Part shown: positions 58,644 to 64,000 of the stretch, one piece after another | How the letters are laid out: every line of letters starts with the position of its first letter | Numbering within the stretch: the first letter of the stretch is position 1 | Assembly (NCBI GenBank): GCA_950097015.1 | Contig: CATNEN010000002.1 | Span: 310,001 to 374,000, forward strand | Length of the DNA: 64,000 nt | From: Macrostomum hystrix | Lineage: Eukaryota; Animalia; Platyhelminthes | Reading direction: 5' to 3' | Program-made: the position numbers and the translations under genes | Notes under the pieces: generated by a model | What the model was told of the DNA's origin: nothing | Database searches by the model: none | The model's input: the letters and a program-made list of their open reading frames with translations, nothing else

Positions 58644-61600
58644 ATTCTTGTAGTGATTCTGGCTTCGCATTTTTAACTAGAAATATTTAATAATTCGCGA
58701 ATAGTATTAAAGACTTTTTTGTTAATTAACGGACTTACTAACACTTAACACTTAACATTATGAACTCGAACTTAGGTACCATGTCCGATATGTCCGAGCT
58801 GTAATTATAAATTGCAAATCGACGAGTTAACACCTGCATGACTACCTGTTCAGATATTCATATCATAACTCTTCTGTGCCTGTTCTTGAATCGCTTATCA
58901 AACAGGAATATTAGTCCGCGTTCTGTATTGGCACTCATTATATGATTGTTATAATCGAAGCGCAGCAGGAATCGCAGCAGGAATCGTAGCCAGTATCGCA
59001 GAAAGAATGAATATATTTAGGAATCGAAGTTCAAACTGCCGCAGGAATCGTAGCTAGAATCGCAGCAGGAAACCTAGCTAGAATCGCAGCAAGAATCGTA
59101 TTTAGAATCGCAGCAGGAATCCTAGCTAGAATCGCAGCAAGAATCGTATTTAGAATCGTAGCAGGAATCCTAGCTAGAATCGCAGCAGGAATCGTAGCTA
59201 GAATCGCAGCAGGAATCGTAGCTAGAATCGCAGCAGGAATCCTAGATAGAATTGCAGCAGGAATTCTTGATATAATAGCGAAGTAATGCTTTGAATAGAA
59301 TCAAAGCAGGAATCGTAGCTAAAATCGCAGCAGGAATCGTAGCTAGAATCGCAGCAGGAATCCTAGCTAGAATCGCAGCAGGAATCGTAGCTAGAATCGC
59401 AGCAGGAATCCTAGCTAGAATCGCAGCAGGAATCCTAGCTAGAATCGCAGCAGGAATCGTAGCTAGAATCAAAGCAGGAATCGTAGCTAAAATCGCAGCA
59501 GGAATCGTAGCTAGAATCACAGCAGGAATCGTAGCTAGAATCACAGCAGGAATCGTAGCTAGAATCACAGCAGGAATCGTAGCTAGAATCACAGCAGGAA
59601 TCGTAGCTAGAATCGCAGCAGGAATCCTAGCTAGAATCGCAGCAGGAATCCTAGCTAGAATCGCAGCAGGAATCGTAGCTAGAATCGCAGCAGGAATCCT
59701 AGCTAGAATCGCAGCAGGAATCCTAGCTAGAATCACAGCAGGAATCGTAGCTAGAATCACAGCAGGAATCGTAGCTAGAATCACAGCAGGAATCGTAGCT
59801 AGAATCACAGCAGGAATCGTAGCTAGAATCGCAGCAGGAATCCTAGCTAGAATCGCAGCAGGAATCCTAGCTAGAATCGCAGCAGGAATCGTAGCTAGAA
59901 TCGCAGCAGGAATCCTAGCTAGAATCGCAGCAGGAATCCTAGCTAGAATCGCAGCAGGAATCGTAGCTAGAATCGCAGCAGGAATCCTAGCTAGAATCGC
60001 AGCAGGAATCCTTGCTAGAATCGCAGCAGGAATCGTAGCTAGAATCGCAGCAGGTATCGTAGCTAGAATCGCAGCAGGAATCGTAGCTAGAATCGCAGCA
60101 GGAATCGTAGCTAGAATCGCAGCAGGAATCCTAGATAGAATTGCAGCAGGAATTCTTGATATAATAGCGAAGTAATGCTTTGAATAGAATCAAAGCAGGA
60201 ATCGTAGCTAAAATCGCAGCAGGAATCGTAGCTAGAATCACAGCAGGAATCGTAGCTAAAATCGCAGCAGGAATCGTAGCTAGAATCACAGCAGGAATCG
60301 TAGCTAGAATCACAGCAGGAATCGTAGCTAGAATCACAGCAGGAATCGTAGCTAGAATCACAGCAGGAATCGTAGCTAGAATCACAGCAGGAATCGTAGC
60401 TAGAATCACAGCAGGAATCGTAGCTAGAATCACAGCAGGAATCGTAGCTAGAATCACAGCAGGAATCGTAGCTAGAATCGCAGCAGGAATCCTAGATAGA
60501 ATCACAGCAGGAATCGTAGCTAGAATCGCAGCAGGAATCCTAGATAGAATCGCAGCAGGAATCCTAGATAGAATCGCAGCAGGAATCGTAGCTAGAATCG
60601 CAGCAGGAATCCTAGCTAGAATCGCAGCAGGAATCCTAGATAGAATCACAGCAGGAATCGTAGCTAGAATCGCAGCAGGAATCGTAGATAGAATCGCAGC
60701 AGGAATCCTAGATAGAATCGCAGCAGGAATCCTAGCTAGAATTGCAGCAGGAATCCTAGATAGAATTGCAGCAGGAATTCTTGATAGAATGGCGAAGTAA
60801 TGCCTTGAATAGAATCAAAGCAGGAATCGTAGCTAGAATCGCAGCAGGAATCGTAGCTAGAATCACAGCAGGAATCGTAGCTAGAATCGCAGCAGGAATC
60901 CTAGATAGAATCGCAGCAGGAATCCTAGCTAGAATCACAGCAGGAATCGTAGCTAGAATCGCAGCAGGAATCGTAGCTAGAATCGCAGCAGGAATCGTAG
61001 CTAGAATCGCAGCAGGAATCCTAGATAGAATTGCAGCAGGAATCCTAGATAGAATTGCAGCAGGAATCCTAGATAGAATTGCAGCAGGAATCCTAGATAG
61101 AATTGCAGCAGGAATTCTAGATAGAATGGCGAAGTAAAGCCTTGAATAGAATCAAAGCAGGAATCGTAGCTAGAATCGCAGCAGGAATCGTAGCTAGAAT
61201 CGCAGCAGGAATCGTAGCTAGAATCGCAGCAGGAAACCTAGATAGAATTGCAGCAGGAATCGTAGCTAGAATCGCAGCAGGAAACCTAGAAAGAATTGCA
61301 GCAGGAATCGTAGATAGAATCGCAGCAGGAAACCTAGATAGAATCGCAGCAGGAATCCTAGATAGAATTGCAGCAGGAATCCTAGATAGAATTGCAGCAG
61401 GAATTCTAGATAGAATGGCGAAGTAAAGCCTTGAATAGAATCAAAGCAGGAATCGTAGCTAGAATCGCAGCAGGAATCGTAGCTAGAATCGCAGCAGGAA
61501 TCGTAGCTAGAATCGCAGCAGGAAACCTAGATAGAATTGCAGCAGGAATCCTAGATAGAATTGCAGCAGGAATTCTAGATAGAATGGCGAAGTAAAGCCT

Positions 61601-64000
61601 TGAATAGAATCGCAGCAGGAATCGTAGCTAGAATCGCAGCAGGAATCGTAGCTAGAATCGCAGCAGGAATCCTAGATAGAATTGCAGCAGGAATCCTAGA
61701 TAGAATTGCAGCAGGAATTCTAGATAGAATGGCGAAGTAAAGCCTTGAATAGAATCAAAGCAGGAATCGTAGCTAGAATCGCAGCAGGAATCGTAGCTAG
61801 AATCGCAGCAGGAATCGTAGCTAGAATCGCAGCAGGAATCGTAGCTAGAATCGCAGCAGGAAACCTAGATAGAATCGCAGCAGGAAACCTAGATAGAATC
61901 GCAGCAGGAATCGTAGCTAGAATCGCAGCAGGAAACCTAGATAGAATCGCAGCAGGAAACCTAGATAGAATCGCAGCAGGAATCCTAGATAGAATTGCAG
62001 CAGGAATTCTAGATAGAATGGCGAAGTAAAGCCTTGAATAGAATCAAAGCAGGAATAAAAACTACAGGTTGTAGACTCGGATTGTGAAAATGGGTGCTCA
62101 AATTCGTCTATGGCCGCTCTTTGCTGCCAGCGAGGATTCACGTGAGAGGAAAGCAGATTTATGGGCTTTATGGGCTATATAAGCTAAGCAGGTTAATATA
62201 GTAATATAATTCTTGTAGTGATTCTGGCTTCGCATTTTTAACTAGAAATATTTAATAATTCGCGAATAGTATTAAAGACTTTTTTGTTAATTAACGGACT
62301 TACTAACACTTAACACTTAACATTATGAACTCGAACTTAGGTACCATGTCCGATATGTCCGAGCTGTAATTATAAATTGCAAATCGACGAGTTAACACCT
62401 GCATGACTACCTGTTCAGATATTCATATCATAACTCTTCTGTGCCTGTTCTTGAATCGCTTATCAAACAGGAATATTAGTCCGCGTTCTGTATTGGCACT
62501 CATTATATGATTGTTATAATCGAAGCGCAGCAGGAATCGCAGCAGGAATCGTAGCCAGTATCACAGAAAGAATGAATATATTTAGGAATCGAAGTTCAAA
62601 CTGCCGCAGGAATCGTAGCTAGAATCGCAGCAGGAAACCTAGCTAGAATCGCAGCAAGAACCGTATTTAGAATCGCAGCAGGAATCCTAGCTAGAATCGC
62701 AGCAAGAATCGTATTTAGAATCGTAGCAGGAATCCTAGCTAGAATCGCAGCAGGAATCGTAGCTAGAATCGCAGCAGGAATCGTAGCTAGAATCGCAGCA
62801 GGAATCCTAGATAGAATTGCAGCAGGAATTCTTGATATAATAGCGAAGTAATGCTTTGAATAGAATCAAAGCAGGAATCGTAGCTAAAATCGCAGCAGGA
62901 ATCGTAGCTAGAATCACAGCAGGAATCGTAGCTAGAATCACAGCAGGAATCGTAGCTAGAATCACAGCAGGAATCGTAGCTAGAATCGCAGCAGGAATCC
63001 TAGCTAGAATCGCAGCAGGAATCCTAGCTAGAATCGCAGCAGGAATCGTAGCTAGAATCAAAGCAGGAATCGAAGCTAAAATCGCAGCAGGAATCGTAGC
63101 TAGAATCACAGCAGGAATCGTAGCTAGAATCACAGCAGGAATCGTAGCTAGAATCACAGCAGGAATCGTAGCTAGAATCACAGCAGGAATCGTAGCTAGA
63201 ATCGCAGCAGGAATCCTAGCTAGAATCGCAGCAGGAATCCTAGCTAGAATCGCAGCAGGAATCGTAGCTAGAATCGCAGCAGGAATCCTAGCTAGAATCG
63301 CAGCAGGAATCCTAGCTAGAATCGCAGCAGGAATCGTAGCTAGAATCGCAGCAGGAATCCTAGCTAGAATCGCAGCAGGAATCCTTGCTAGAATCGCAGC
63401 AGGAATCGTAGCTAGAATCGCAGCAGGAATCGTAGCTAGAATCGCAGCAGGAATCCTAGCTAGAATCGCAGCAGGAATCGTAGCTAGAATCGCAGCAGGA
63501 ATCCTAGCTAGAATCGCAGCAGGAATCCTAGCTAGAATCGCAGCAGGAATCGTAGCTAGAATCGCAGCAGGAATCCTAGATAGAATCGCAGCAGGAATCG
63601 TAGCTAGAATCACAGCAGGAATCGTAGCTAGAATCACAGCAGGAATCGTAGCTAGAATCACAGCAGGAATCGTAGCTAGAATCACAGCAGGAATCGTAGC
63701 TAGAATCGCAGCAGGAATCCTAGCTAGAATCGCAGCAGGAATCCTAGCTAGAATCGCAGCAGGAATCGTAGCTAGAATCGCAGCAGGAATCCTAGCTAGA
63801 ATCGCAGCAGGAATCCTAGCTAGAATCGCAGCAGGAATCGTAGCTAGAATCGCAGCAGGAATCCTAGCTAGAATCGCAGCAGGAATCCTTGCTAGAATCG
63901 CAGCAGGAATCGTAGCTAGAATCGCAGCAGGAATCGTAGCTAGAATCGCAGCAGGAATCCTAGCTAGAATCGCAGCAGGAATCGTAGCTAGAATCGCAGC
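58644..64000. repeat. Composite 3,565-bp tandem unit (about 330-bp unique spacer plus a 24-bp minisatellite), about 1.5 copies, truncated by the window end
   Basis: ATTCTTGTAGTGATTCTGG at 58644 and 62209; AAGTAATGCTTTGAATAG at 59281 and 62846. Minisatellite AGCTAGAATCGCAGCAGGAATCGT, punctuated by GCGAAGTAA..TTGAATAGAATCAAAG linkers. Confidence 0.95.

Noticed and set aside
52564-63685. Repeat ORFs ([40 protein letters not shown])
   Set aside because: These are translations of 12/18/24-bp minisatellites, open on both strands. Only the first 34 codons of ORF 55744..57720 (signal-peptide exon) and the unique 3' part of ORF 54174..54512 are retained.
23194-64000. Ubiquitous GANTC sites as a methylation or restriction signal
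   Set aside because: GANTC methylation (CcrM) is a bacterial system. Here it only reflects the shared GAATC/GATTC repeat motif.

Overview
This is animal genomic DNA: GT-AG introns, GC-rich exons with poly-Ala/Gly/Gln tracts, and AT-rich introns, many holding their own minisatellite. That style resembles a free-living flatworm such as Macrostomum (inference only). The first 20 kb hold three recognisable genes: most of a groucho/TLE co-repressor gene (+, 10 exons in the window, 5' end outside), a 2-exon universal stress protein (+) and a 2-exon eIF1/SUI1 (-). The eIF1 intron carries two MITE-like elements, and a groucho intron carries a tRNA-type SINE. About 60% of the window, mostly 22-64 kb, is tandem repeat, including a 19-kb 20-bp satellite with a 7,112-bp internal duplication. 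The long ORFs in the ORF track over these arrays are artefacts. Small phase-compatible minus-strand exons lie between the arrays. They give (i) a candidate 3-exon secreted prohormone/neuropeptide precursor, (ii) a small membrane-anchor ORF with a juxtamembrane CxxC, and (iii) a Tyr-motif (YxN/ITIM) adaptor-like gene spanning a 22.5-kb intron that is about 92% satellite. Several arrays form inverted pairs with a shared core, and many are built from splice-signal-like motifs. All models in 21-58 kb are hand-built and need transcript evidence.
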